Assembly: GCA_964016885.1 (NCBI GenBank)
Contig: OZ024743.1
Location: forward strand, 227,354,001 to 227,418,000
Length of the DNA stretch: 64,000 nt
From: Eledone cirrhosa
Lineage: Eukaryota
Direction of reading: 5' to 3'
The translations under genes and the position numbers were made by a program. Position 1 is the stretch's first letter. Every line of letters starts with the position of its first letter. The notes under the pieces were generated by a model. That model had not been told where the DNA came from, made no database searches, and worked only from the letters and a program-made list of their open reading frames with translations. This document shows, one piece after another, positions 15,301-29,055 of this stretch.

Positions 15301-16028
15301 TTTATTAAAATAACAGATTAAAGTTTAAGCAAAGAATCGTTGCTTTCACCCTTAACGGGATCTTCTGAAACTAACAAAGTCAATCTGTAAACGCAGAACT
15401 GGATATTTCAAAAAGCGTTGCAACCGGAGGAAGACAGGAAGACGATACTTTGGTTCGTGGTAACGTTCGCTGGCAAAGAACGGGAAAAAACGAATATAAT
15501 ACGTCATTAATAGGAGCGGTGAAAAACAATTACGCGCAAAGACAGAACCACGTTTATGGTATAAAAGAGGTCGTAGACTAATGTTCTCTTAGGTGGTGCA
15601 TAGAGACGTTCTCTGGCAATGAACGAAAAAGCGAAGATAATAAGTCATATGTGGAGCGTAGAGAACAATAGCACGCAAAGACAAAACCACGTAAATGGTA
15701 TAGCAGAAGTCGTAGAATAAATTCTAACTAGGAGACCGAATGAGTTTCCGCTACGGAGTTAAGAACAAAGTAAATAAATACAATACAGAAGTAATAGAAA
15801 TAAATAAATACATACACGCAAACAAAAACGTACATACACAAGCATACGCAAAAACTTACCATAGGTAAACAAAACCAGAAGATCCCGTTAAGGGTGAAAG
15901 CAGCGATTCTTTGCTTAAACTTTAATCTGTTATTTTAATAAATATTTGCTCTACGGTTCTTATATATTTGATATATATTTATCCTTATCGAGCCCTCTTT
16001 GGATTTTAGTCTTCAAATTTATTATTAT

Positions 16029-16032
<4 letters not shown>
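15301..16032. mobile_element. Non-coding element with ~65-bp inverted repeats and a 3' tail
   Basis: 15301-15366 is the reverse complement of 15877-15942. The same motif occurs at 10236-10299 and the tail (rc) at 51191-51262. Internal ~143-bp diverged tandem duplication at 15465-15732. Confidence 0.75.
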
Positions 16033-16111
<79 letters not shown>

Positions 16112-16158
16112 TTTTGCGAGGTTTTTATATGAAATCGTGTGTCGAAACAAATATTGTT

Positions 16159-16857
16159 ATACTTGGGGAGGGTCATATTTGTGTAATATTGCCAGAATTA
16201 ATAACAGAACACACTCACTGTTTGGTTGGTTTTCGCTTCTCGCTGTCTTTTATATCGGTAATCTAACTTACTCGGTCCTCAATCTTGCCATTGACTGACC
16301 GACGGTCAAAAATGATACAGATACAATATAGACACAAACACATATATATAGTTTATCATAAATCTTTCGTTGCACATCTGCAACATCGTCAGTGGTGTTA
16401 TATTTTCCTCCTGTTGTGTTGTATGTCTACGCCATTTTTATTCAGTCTGTCTATATATTTATTTATTTATTTATTTGCTTGTTTGTTTATTTTATTTTGT
16501 TTTCTTTGCGCATGCGTTTGCGTGTGTGTATAGTGTTATGTTTGATGTGTGATGGGTGACTGGTGTGTGTTTATGTGCTTGTTGTTATTGTGCTTGTGTA
16601 TGTATTTATTTATTTATTTATTTATCTTATTTTATTTACTTATTTATACTTCTCTTAGGTCAGTGTTGTTTGTTTGGGTGTTGTTGTTATTCCATTCACT
16701 CTTTCTGTTTAGCTTTGGTCTTCTAATTTCTATTGAGGACCGAGTAAGTTAGATTACCGATATAAAAGACAGCGAGAAGCGAAAACCAACCAAACAGTGA
16801 GTGTGTTCTGTTATTAATTCTGGCAATATTACACAAATATGACCCTCCCCGAGTATA
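16159..16857. mobile_element. Non-coding element with near-perfect ~125-bp inverted ends
   Basis: 16159-16283 is the reverse complement of 16732-16857; the terminus resembles the PLE tail family (GGGAGGGTCAT...TTGCC). Confidence 0.8.
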
Positions 16858-16933
16858 TATATATATATATATATATGATAAAATTGGGAGAAAAATACTG
16901 CTGGTAGCACATGGATAACATGTAATAAAATAA

Positions 16934-17034
16934 GTCCCTCATCAGTGATTAGCCGACGATCATAGATATTTCATTGCATTAAAAGTCATATACCTCACGT
17001 CGGTGCAATAATAACTAAATTAAGTTATTAGGAC
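16934..17034 (-). ncRNA. Candidate rearranged hammerhead ribozyme
   Basis: rc: GTCCT|AATAACT taattt AGTTATT|ATTGCA|CCGACG tg AGGTAT-A-TGACT tttaa TGCAAT-GAA-ATATCT atgat CGTCGG ct AATCA-CTGATGA-GGGAC. Confidence 0.7.
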
Positions 17035-17447
17035 AATTAAAACGCATAAAGCGAGTGAGACAGGAAAACAACAAAGAGTAGAGCTAACCGTAGAGGAAGG
17101 AAACAAGCTTCATAGTTATTCTGTTAGCATAAGCTAGGTGAATATATGAGCGCTTAGAAAAAAGACCTTCCGCGAACGAATGCAATGTAAGAAAGAGAGA
17201 AATTGCTTTCGTTGCGAACGGGGTGAAGTGAGGAGAGGAGAAACAGTGAGTGAGTGAGTGGAAGTGTGAGGAAGAGTTAACTGTCATGACAGAGGGGGCG
17301 AAAGAAAGTAGGAGAAACAGAGAGAATGAGGGAGCAGTAAGAGAGAGAGAGAGAGAAAAAAACAGAATCGCAGTTTAGGTAAATATATGTGATAAAATGG
17401 GGAGAAAAATACTGCTGGTAGCACATGGATAACATGTAATAAAATAA

Positions 17448-17548
17448 GTCCCTCATCAGTGATTAGCCGACGATCATAGATATTTCATTGCATTAAAAAT
17501 CATATACCTCACGTCGGTGCAATAAAAACTAAATTAAGTTATTAGGAC
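17448..17548 (-). ncRNA. Candidate rearranged hammerhead ribozyme (second tandem copy)
   Basis: Same layout as 16934-17034, with a perfect stem I TGATT/AATCA. Confidence 0.72.
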
Positions 17549-17641
17549 AATTAAAACGCGTAAAGCGAGTGAGACAGGAAAACAACAAAGAGTAGAGTTA
17601 ACCGTAGAGGAAGGAAACAAGCTTCATAGTTATTCTGTTAG

Positions 17642-17867
<226 letters not shown>

Positions 17868-18140
17868 CGTTTCTGAATTTGTTTAGCAAGATTCTATATT
17901 TAGCAAGATTATATATTTACATACATATATCATACATGCATATATATAATGTGTGTGTATGTCTGTGTGTGTGTGTGTGTGTGTAAGGAACCAACCAACC
18001 AACCGAAAATTTATAAATTTAATTTATAATAAATTGGAGTGAATGCAGCTGGTGCGTGTGTTTCTTATTGGCAACATGACACTCCCAAAGCATAACAATA
18101 TATATATATATATATAGATATGTATGTATGTATATGTATA

Positions 18141-18172
<32 letters not shown>

Positions 18173-18176
18173 CATT

Positions 18177-18329
<153 letters not shown>

Positions 18330-20286
18330 TCCTATATATACATATATATAGGAATATATGTATATGTTTATATATATGTGTGCGTGTGTTTAGATATAGT
18401 TCAAGAATAAACGAGACAAACACTATGATGAAAAATACACACACAAAGTTTTATTTGCTTCACATTTGAGAATGAAGATAGAGGAAAAAATATTTCTATC
18501 TTTCTTACACTTGCATACACACGTGCTTTCTTTTTTTACCATTTCTTCTTTTTTTACTCACGTTTATCTTTCTATTGTGCACTCTTATCTCTCCTTCTAT
18601 CTGCCAATCAAGGATTAATGTCTGAGAGGGAGAGACACTTTTCCTACTATATCAACTGTAATTAAAGAAGTCAGTCTTGTCAGTGTCATGCTGAATGTGC
18701 CTGAGAACTACGTCTTTGAATGCCCTGCCACATAGATTTTAATACCATGTGCAAGCTCTTCAGTTGATAAAATAACTGTAACATGCATCGTCAAAACCGA
18801 TGTAGGCCTATATAACCCGTATTTCATATGATGACCTTGTGATAAATAGGCGAAACTCCAGAGTAACAAGACTCAACTTTTAGCCTTAATAATATTGAAT
18901 ATTAAAACTCAATTTAGGTATTGAGTACTCCTTTCTCCTGTATATAATTGAATATATACACATATATATATGTGTGTGTACATATACGTATACACGAATA
19001 TATGAATATATATATATAAGTATATGTACGCTTACAGATACAATCATATACATCTACTTTGATCATCGCCAGTCTCGATCAGAATTAACATATGACCAAA
19101 GAATATCATGCTGAAATGATATCCAATATGTTAAGAACAGGAAAATATATTGGACAAATGTATTTTTAAGTACACTTTACCTGAAAATTTAGATGGAATG
19201 GTCACGGGTATAACACTTCAAATCATAGGCCTGCTCTGTTAGGGCAGACCTACTATCATAAAAGCAGAGATCAGACCCTAACCTAAAAACAATAAATATA
19301 TTTTGGACCATATAATCCTCGACACCGCGTATCAGAAATAGGAAATATACTGATTGAAAGGTCACGGTCAGACCATCTTTAATGATAGCTATGCACAAAC
19401 TAGAGAGCGGGGATTTTAATATACAACATCATTAGTTTATCTACTTAGCAGAAATATAATGACGAAATCAAGAAATCTGCTTTCCTTATAAAATTCAGAG
19501 ATCCCAGTCAATGGAGAAACCTTTACGTGGTTGCTCGACCTGCTAGATATAGCAGCCAACTGTCAATTAAACTATAACTTAAAGAAAGAAAAGATTGGAT
19601 TATGTAGTTGTTTATTCCCTATGACTGAAAAATAAAGATGAAAATGTCATTGTTGGATCCTCTTTTATCTTAAGTCAGCTAAATCTAGAATGGGACACAG
19701 CTAAATAACACCAGGGAACCAACGAGATAATATCTGCATGTTCACTCAAACTGTTACAAATAACTTCCAAATCTCTCTGAAAATCATAAAACAGGTTACA
19801 TTAGATAATGTAGTTCTAGATAGATTAAGACTGAAGAAAAAATATGGTTGGTTATTGGTGAGAACGTCTTTGATCAAAAGTCTACTGTCCAGAGGTTAAG
19901 GAAAAGCAACAGATGCATGGCCAGCTACCATATTATTATAAGAAGGGGAAGGAAGAGCATCGGGAAATTGCTTTGCGTTACATAGTTACGATTATTTATA
20001 CTGATTTCAAATCTGCCGTTATCAACTGCGTCTTTACTCTTTCAGGGTCGATAAACAAATTAACATTCTAGCACAGGTATCAATTTAATTGGCGTTACAA
20101 TCACCTGTCAGCCTTAATAAGAAACTTTTAGTATTAAAAAGAAGCAGCTTGTCGTGACAATTTTGTACATTCTGTGTCCAGATCCAGCCAACGTAATCTT
20201 TATTTTTATCGTTTCAAGGTACAGAAAATATACCCCAAGTCTATAGCATTGATTATACACTTTCCTAGAAATGCATGGTCTTAAGT

Positions 20287-20345
<59 letters not shown>

Positions 20346-20855
20346 TGTTTGTCATCCATGTATCCTTTGTCTCAGAACTCCTGATGGAGTCGTAGGGGCG
20401 TTGTCATGATATGTGGCGAAGCCCATTTATATACAGGTCTGAAGATAGCCGGTGTCGTTATCTTAGAAAAAGTGAGGAAGAGTGCGAGTATAAGAATGGA
20501 TTTCAAAAGGCAAACTTGTCTTCCCTGCGATATGAACACAGCGTGCTGCGATATGAACGCAAAACATCCATTCAAAGATATAACAACTCTGCCACTTTGC
20601 CACTCGTAGTAATATGTTTAAGATGTTAAAATAAACATCGATAAACAATCTCTCGTTAAAAATATTTTGGCAGTGAAATAAAATAAGATAATTAGTATTA
20701 AATCAAATTAAACTGTCAAATAACATGAAATACAATTAAATAAAATAGAATTAAATCCATTTGCGTTTATAGATCTGTTGCTTCTCTAGCTATACGTATC
20801 TGTTAATATACATACATACAGAGAGACGTATATATATATATACACACAGAGAGAA

Positions 20856-20891
<36 letters not shown>

Positions 20892-21164
20892 TTCTCTCTG
20901 TATCTCTCTCTCTCTCTCTCTCTTTCTCTTTTTCTTTCTCTTTCTATGTGTATAAACTCACTCCTAGCTGTTGATTTCTATCCTTTGAGGTAAATTTTAC
21001 CCGACGCTTTTATTGAAGGCATTTTGCTGTTTTAACAGCTTCATTGCGTTGAGTTCTCGTTATTCGACGAATATACATATATACATACATATACAGAAGC
21101 GAACATACGTACGTAAAAAACATGCATAACAACCAATATAATATAAACGGACTGTCTCTAATTT

Positions 21165-21348
21165 AATTGTTTCTACTTTAGGCACAAGGCCAGCAATTAC
21201 CCAGTGCATTACTGGTACTTTATTTTATCGACCCCCGTAAGGATGAAAGGCAAAGTCAACCTCGGCGGGATTTGAACTCAGATCGTAAAGGGACGTGACT
21301 ATGCTGGAAAGCATGGCATCCGACCCTCTACTGATACTGCCAATCCAC
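21165..21348 (-). mobile_element. tRNA-derived SINE
   Basis: Same family as 4815-4991; A and B boxes present. Confidence 0.85.
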
Positions 21349-21870
21349 ATAATAGCCAAATATAGTTGTAAGTTTAAGGAATATTTTCCTGCGTAAATAT
21401 CGTTTTGGCAAAGGGCTCAATGACGGTGAAAATAAATTCAAATATAGATCAATGCTACATTGACGGCTAAAAGCAAAATACACATAAACATTAGTGCGCA
21501 CGATACATATAATGAATTAAAGCATACACACACTGGTTATAAGTTATGATGGCGTCAAACGCGAAGATTCTATGACAGGATGAGAACCATTGTAGAATTA
21601 TACAAATATGTATACAGAGACCAATAAACATTTGATCACTTTTGTACTATTTCAGAGAATTATATATGAACATTTTGTAATATGTGTGTATTGATTATAT
21701 AGCAGACGATAATGCTGAAAAGAAAGTTTTCGGCTGTTTGTAAAGTATTTTCAGATAGAATGTTCATCAACGATTATCGGGATATCGGCTTTATCCATAT
21801 ACCCCCACTTTTTCCGGTTGTACTGGTCAGTGTATAATCAGTATAACTCTTTGAGTTTCTCACTTTCTGG

Positions 21871-21944
21871 TTTCTTCTGATGAAAACTTCACATGCCTTA
21901 TTTTAAACGTGAGTCTGTTAGAAACACGAATTCGTGTCGAGAGG
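21871..21944 (+). ncRNA. Type-I hammerhead motif
   Basis: TTTCTT-CTGATGA-aAAC TTCAC...GTGAG tct GTT a-GAAA-CACGAATTCGTG-TC-GAGAGG. GUC site, 12-nt palindromic stem III, G-U-rich stem I. Confidence 0.7.
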
Positions 21945-24781
21945 AAAAAAATATATGAATATATATCCATATTTATTTTTAAATGTATATTTAAGCTCAA
22001 AATATGAATATATTTTCATTTTTCCTGACACACTAAAGCGTTTATGCTTGATATATTCTTCTTCTTCACTATGTCGCTCTCTATTTCCCCTCCCCTCACG
22101 CACCCATTCTTTTTCTCTCAATGTATATATGTATATATATGATGGCTGCAAACTCTGCTAAGAGTTTTGCAATCGCTTGTCAGATTCAGATGTGTGACAC
22201 TCGGATATGGTTTTTCAAGCCTGCTCGAGACTTGCACTCCTTCGCACATTGACGACAACTATGAATCTTCCTGGTTTCAGGTTGCCTGTGAACCTTCACA
22301 ATACTGTGGAGATCATATTTTACTGGTTCTTTTGAACATGCTGCGAGTGTGGCTGAGACCTGATTTGTTCAAGCAAATCTTTCCACGTCAACGTATGTTA
22401 CGTAGAAACTAGCTACGAAACGTGCGGTGAGCAAGAGTATCTTCCGAGAAAAACTCGCAAGCAGTGTTTCAGCCTTCGATCCTTTCTGACAATTTTATGG
22501 AGCCGGGCCCACTCATGTGAAGACCAATTGGTGTCCTTCTGTTGTTTTCCCCTCCAGCGGGATATGAAACCAATACCTTCCGGTGCTCTTGTTGCTCATT
22601 CCTGTGGTTTACACCACTCATCCACGAAGAAAAACTATAGAACATATTTTATCTATTTAAACAAGAATCATACTATATTAGCTCTGGTATTCATTACTCT
22701 TTGACCATAGCCATATCGAGTTTTTCTTGGCTATATCTGACAGGCGCTTGAGTGTTGTTGTTCTTTTCCGACTTTTGATTCCAAGCTGTACTAGTAATTG
22801 CCACATGGAAGGTGTAACAAATCTTCCTGCATCAATTTCCACGGGCTTTAATCTTACATTAATACCCCACTCTTGTCAATTCTCTGGTGATGTCTTCGTT
22901 CTTCTAAATCTTGTCCTCGTCTTTTCCATCTCCACGGCTGTCATAGGGGACTGTCATCTCAACCAGGAGTGGATTCCCGGTGAGTGTCAGGAGCGGAACA
23001 TAGTTATAAAAAGTCCCTCAATACGTTAGTAGGCATCATTGCGTTACATAGAAATGATTTCAACATGATTGAACTGTTTCTTTCGTATGAAATCAACATA
23101 TAAATACAAGATCGAATGTCCTTTTATAAATATGGTTATGTAACTATCTATCAACACATCTAAACGTATACAGATGTATAAACATAGTATCGTATTTTCC
23201 ATATACACACTTCCTTATACACACTACCTACTTACATGCAAACGCACATACACATGTGTATGCGCATGTGTATGCGCATAATTGCGTGTGATCCACTGTC
23301 AGTAAACACGTCAATGAGACACATACACACATGTATATGTATGTTTGTGTATATAGGATTATATGTGTTTGTATGTATGTATGTGCATGCGTGTGTACAT
23401 ATGTATGTGCGTATATGTATGGGCGTATTGTATCCGTCTTACATTCTATAGATGAATTAAAACAAACAATAATACACGCAATCGTATGCGAGAAAAAAGT
23501 AAAAAAGTTGTTCAGTTTTATTCAGTTCTTGTCTAAATCAAATGATAAAGAAACAAAATATTCGTAATCTCCTCTCCATTGATATAGATTTCAATATTCC
23601 ACATTTGTCTCTCTACCTAATAATTTAAAATGTCTGTCTGTTAGCTGAGCCTTTTATATTATTGCATGATCATTATTGCTGTTCAAAAATAATCTAGACA
23701 GCTCTACCTTTACATTGGTGGCTGATAGTTACTGCAATTAGCAGCTTGTCGTTTCTTGGAGCTTTCTTAAGAGCTTACGTTGTTGCCGTTATAGTAACGA
23801 CGACAAAAGCCATAATTAGTCAATGAATACTTACGAAGCAAACACACTAAGAGATTCGTCAGTTTCTTATTTGTCGGTATTGCACATGGTTGGCTTGAAT
23901 GTTGTTTTAGTTGGACTCATTTTCGTTTTTTGTTCTGTATATTTGTTTGTTTTTTCCGGATTTTTCTTTTTGATTCTCATTTTGTGCGTCGTTTTCTATC
24001 TATCTATCGTTAGTTTCGATTTTCTTGTTTCTTTTTTTTTTATTATTATTCAGAGATCAAATAGAAAATGACTATACACCCTATAGAAAATAAAAGATGG
24101 AGGGGAGAAGGGGATAAGAAAGTAGGAGAAGTGAAAGAAGAACGAAGAGAAAGATGAAGAATAAAAGGAAGATCACGAAAACAACAAAGAAGACAACAAA
24201 TAAGGAGTGGATAAAGATGTACTACTACTACTTACCAGTTAATAAACCAAGTGGAAACCTAGAAACCCAGTTTAAGATGGATGGGTTAGAAGTTAGGAAA
24301 GGAATTTTACAGGAATACTTATGCTAAATGGTAATTAGCTCTAAAGACAGGAATTAGCTAATTGTATGGTAAGGTTTACTCACTATTGCACTCTTTCCAA
24401 AAGAAATCATTAAGTACTTAATTAATTAATGACTACTTTTGATTGTAGCCATAGCCGCATTAGCTAAGAAGATATCACCTTCATAACACCTCCATGAGAG
24501 AAACCCACCTTACTCCGCTAATAAATGCGGACCCTAAAGGATTGGTTTATGCCTCTTTTATGAATTACTGCTACTACATTCTTTCGATAAACTGGTATGT
24601 TTGACCTTATATCGAGAACAGCATTTATACACACACGCGCACACACTCGCGTGTGCACATAGATTGAAGCAATGTTCTGATATATAATAATGTGTTTATA
24701 TGCGTGCAAGTGTATTCACAGTTTTGCAAGTATTGACACAGCGTGCATTCCCTCATATAAACACACACAGAGCTATATATA

Positions 24782-24840
<59 letters not shown>

Positions 24841-26533
24841 CTGTGTAGGTAAACCTATATGTTATGTAGGTAAACCTATACTTTTTAAAAAGTATATGCC
24901 AATGGAATAGCGAGGCTATAAAGTTCTCACTGTAGAAAATGCAGGGGTTGATAACTTCTAGTGAAATAGATTCCTTACTGAAAAGTTAATATACTTTTTT
25001 CTCTGTACAGAATTAATAGTAGAATGTGTTTACACTTCAATAGTTTCACACAGAGGCTTCTAATAAAAACAAACGTGAAGTTCTCTCTGCATTAAATTTC
25101 AATTTTAACTCTTCTCATAAAATGTGTACAAGCATAAACATTATTTGAAGACAAACCTTACAACTGCTGTGAAAGAAAAAAATACAAAATCCAAGAGCAC
25201 GAAAGTCAACATTTTTGCAAAACAACAACATCAATGTCTACATATACACACGTGCTTTGTAATTGGGCTTTTATTCGGTCTAGTTCTTCTGGTGAAATAT
25301 GTGTTTTCTCGGGTGTTTTAATGATGGAGGCCCCAGTTCTATCTTGAACAACACAATGAAATGAAGCGTCTTTCTCAATAACACAATACGCAGACTGATC
25401 TAGGAATTGAACCCATGAATTTATGATCAAGAATCTAACATCGTAAACACATGGTCATAAACAATTTGGAAAAGACTGAGCAGAATGGCCTGTTTCATTT
25501 ATGAATTGACTCAAAGGAAGCCGTCCCTAAAAGAGGCTAACATATTCAGTGATAGGCTAATATCTGACCATCGTATCTGGCTCTAAAACCATCTGACCAA
25601 ATGTGAAGCTATACATCTTCATTCTTATAGATGGGTCACTTCGTGCAGGTCAGAAGATCCAACTGCTGCCAACGCTCATTTCAGATAGTCTAGAGGTGAC
25701 TTGCGTGATATAACGCTGGCACAATGAGAGTGAACAGATGTGGGTATATTTTCGGAAGCAACGTGATTTTACCGCAATCATAGATGAAACTCGCAAGTTT
25801 GATACCTGGAATGTTCCCAGATGCTCACTGCACTTTCCAAGCTAGCAATACTTTCGATAGAACCTTAAATCCTCACAGGAGAGCGTATTGTATGAGTGAC
25901 AATGGACAGGAACATTTCTCAGCATCATTGTAAACAGACTAATTAGTTTTTATTATAAGATTTTCATGTCTGATTTATTGACAAGTTTTCAAAAATACTC
26001 TGATCTGGCTATGCTTTGATCCGATATTACTTATTCAATATAAACTTCACAGGCCCGGCTCCGGTGAAGCTTCCAACAACCACCCTGCACACCCATTAAT
26101 TGCCTGGATATTCCTGTTTTCCGGGTACGTACCAAACAGGTGTTCAATATAAACCTAGAAAACACATTTAGGATTAATATGGCTCAGTCGAGTCTCTCAT
26201 GTAGATCAATCCACTGACTCTGTTTAGCAATGACTGTGAATATGGTGATGAAAGTTGCGTGGTGAATTGTACCCCTCGTTTCATTTTCATGATTATTTTC
26301 TTGTTCTTTATGACGCTTCGTTTCATTCATTTTTTTGTTTTTATATTTGCTTCATATATTACCTTTTTGCTCAGTGGTGTTAACTACAACACTACCACTA
26401 TATATATTTCTAACATGTAGTGAAGCCTTAGTCTTGGGTACATGTGGGCAACAAAACTCAAATATAAATATTAAAATCATTATTAATGTAATCAAAAGTA
26501 ATAGTAGTAGTAGTAGCAGCAGCAGCAGCAGTC

Positions 26534-26572
<39 letters not shown>

Positions 26573-27368
26573 AGAGGTGGAGTAGGATGAGGAGGAAAAT
26601 ACCATTAAATATTTTATTCACTCCATTATCATTATTATTCAGTATGTTTATTATTATTGTTATATTTTTGTATTCACATTAACAGTATAAATATACAGAA
26701 TTAATTTTTGTTGGAAAACCTGAGAATATTATCTCCATTCTATAAAGAAACCACCACCACTACAAAATCCCACCACAACCCTCCTCTAAAACCACTGTTA
26801 ACAAGAGCCCTACTTTAACACCAGCGTTAACAAGAAAAGAAGAGAAAGGAAATTACAAGAAGCTAAAATTTTATAACAAGAGAAATGTATTCCATTACCA
26901 CCGACAACAGCACCACACCATCCAATAGACCCGCAGCTACACGAACAAACAACCACCACCACCACAACCAATACACCCACAGCAACACGAACAAATCACC
27001 ATCACTTTCATCAACTTATTCTATATTCCATAAGCCTACATCAACTGAATTTTGTTTCTCCGATATTTTACTTGATATCAAATAAAGGCCATTAGCTATG
27101 TATAACCAATCTTGTTCAAATCGCGAATGTAAAAACTCTTTGCGTTTTTATTAGCTGTTTATCTCCCGTAGTTTTATTGCTTACCGAATTGATCAGGATT
27201 GGCCGGTGTTGTTTTATTGTATCGTTGAATCAGGTCAAAGTAACATGTTAGATTGCCTGCTTTCTTGCAGAAGCGTCTTAAAAATCAAACCATATTAAAC
27301 ACTGGTATTGTTGAAACTATTAGGATTTCCTACACGGTAGTTTCCGGTAGTATATTGTATTATATATG

Positions 27369-27491
<123 letters not shown>

Positions 27492-27565
27492 TCTATCGGT
27501 ATGTGTTCTATTTTTTTTCTGTTTATTTTCTTTCTCTTCGTTATCGTCTCATTTTTGTCTGTTCC

Positions 27566-27667
27566 TTCCTTAATAACATGCTGAAGTTATTAACGCACTG
27601 TGGATAGATGTTTTGTCTTTAATGCGTCGAAACATCCGAGACCCACAGCAGACAACTGAAGAGGGAA
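27566..27667 (+). ncRNA. Candidate rearranged hammerhead ribozyme (variant D)
   Basis: TTCCT|tAATAACatg ct gaaGTTATT a|ACGCA|CTGTGG at AGATGT-T-TTGTCT ttaa TGCGT c-GAA-ACATCC gagac CCACAG c AGACAA-CTGAAGA-GGGAA. Confidence 0.75.
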
Positions 27668-28255
27668 TTGTTTTATGTTTGTATTTCCCTTACATTTCTA
27701 AACACACTTTATTAGTAACCACACAGCACCCTTTAAATTCTTATTAATCTATTGCTGGGAATCCGTTCTCTCTATCTTTCTTGTTGTTGTTATGCCGGTC
27801 TACCATTTGGTCCTACCATTTGCAGTCCTACCATTTGGAATAATTCTTTTCCTTCCTCGTTTCTTCCTCTTTCTCTTTCTCTCTCTCTCCCACTCACATG
27901 TTGTCCTCTCTCTCAGGCTCTCCCACTCATTTACCCTCTTTCCCTCCCACTATCTATACCCTTTCTCCCCCCTCTCTCTCTCTGCTCCCTAACTTCTTCC
28001 GTTTCCCTTCGTCTCTCCCTCTTTACGTCTGTTCTCGCTAAGATCAGATGGGTTTATCTTGGCTGTCTCTCATGCTGTTAATAAGGTCTCAGGTCGTACA
28101 AACGGCCGTTTTTTAAACTTCTTCCTCTCGCCCCATGATTACTACTACATACATGTACTACTGTCTCGTGTCTCCCCAGTCTATCGGTATGTTTTATCTT
28201 TTTTTCTTCTGTTCATTTTCTTTCTCATCGCTATGGTCTCTTCTTTGTCTTTTCC

Positions 28256-28352
28256 TTCCCGAATAACTTCCTGAAGTTATTAACGCACTGTTGATAGATG
28301 TGTTGTCATCAATGCGTCGAAACAACCTGAAGCAGACAACTGAAGAGGGGAA
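28256..28352 (+). ncRNA. Decayed second copy of rearranged hammerhead D
   Basis: Core blocks are retained, but there is a deletion in the CCACAG helix and a G at the cleavage position. Confidence 0.55.
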
Positions 28353-28542
28353 TTGTCTTATTTTGGTGTTTCTTACAGTTGTAAACACTATATACATACA
28401 TACATACACATCTTCCTTATGATTTCTCCCTGATGAAACAGTCCTAGTCCTGTAGAAGCCATCACTATATTAAATATTTATATACTGCTATGTACTGGGT
28501 ACCTTATTTACTGTGGCTACCCCCGATTGAACTCGAGATAAA

Positions 28543-28619
<77 letters not shown>

Positions 28620-28774
28620 ATACTTTGGGAGGGTTATGTTGCCAATAAGAAACACACGCACCAGTTGATTTCACTCATAAATTAAATTTATAAATTTAAG
28701 AATTTATAAATTTAAGAATTTGTAAATTTCCGGTTCGTTGGTTGGTTCCATAACCGGTCGGTTGTTCATATATT

Positions 28775-28817
28775 GTCAAAGTTCTTACGTCACACATTCT
28801 GTGACCTCTTCAGTGAC
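28775..28817 (-). ncRNA. Minimal type-I hammerhead with GAAA mutated to GTAA
   Basis: rc GTCA-CTGAAGA-GGTCACAGAATGTGTGAC-GTAA-GAAC-TT-TGAC. Confidence 0.6.
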
Positions 28818-29055
28818 TGGGGATTATTTTCTTTGTTTTGTGCCTCTCCTTTGTTCTGTCCTACGCCATCTTGTTTTTGTGTGTGTTGTGTGCTTAGTTT
28901 GCGCATGTGTTACATCCGGGTGCCTGTGTGTGTTTTTATTTGTTTATTTATTTGTTTATTTACATGTTACTGGTTGGTTGTTTGTTCTGTGTGTGTGTTT
29001 TCATTTTGTCCATAATTGTAAGTTGTGATGTTGCTATTCCATTCATGTTTTCTAT

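Larger units (their letters stand above)
16877..17641 (-). mobile_element. 1.5 tandem units of a 514-bp non-coding monomer (family C) in (TA)n
   Basis: 16877-17127 is repeated at 17391-17641 (period 514); no credible ORF. Confidence 0.9.
27493..28385 (+). mobile_element. Diverged partial tandem repeat (period ~688 bp), non-coding (family D)
   Basis: 27493-~27700 aligns with 28181-~28385; starts at a (TA)n tract. Confidence 0.75.

Noticed and set aside
16732-16795. Possible HHR in the 125-bp inverted ends
   Set aside because: No CTGANGA/GAAA pair with consistent stems was found.
15301-17641. Repeat-spacer pattern suggestive of CRISPR, or of MITE TIRs
   Set aside because: Eukaryotic context with no regular spacers. 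The inverted ends are unequal and carry tails, which fits retro-derived fold-backs better.
22150-23030. Possible host exon(s)
   Set aside because: Short ORFs with no recognisable protein motif; more likely old TE sequence, though small exons cannot be excluded without RNA data.
28430-28460. CTGATGA-AACAG...CTGTA-GAAG; also motifs at ~35668, ~48120 and 50741-50775
   Set aside because: HHR-like words, but the core or stems are too degenerate to call.
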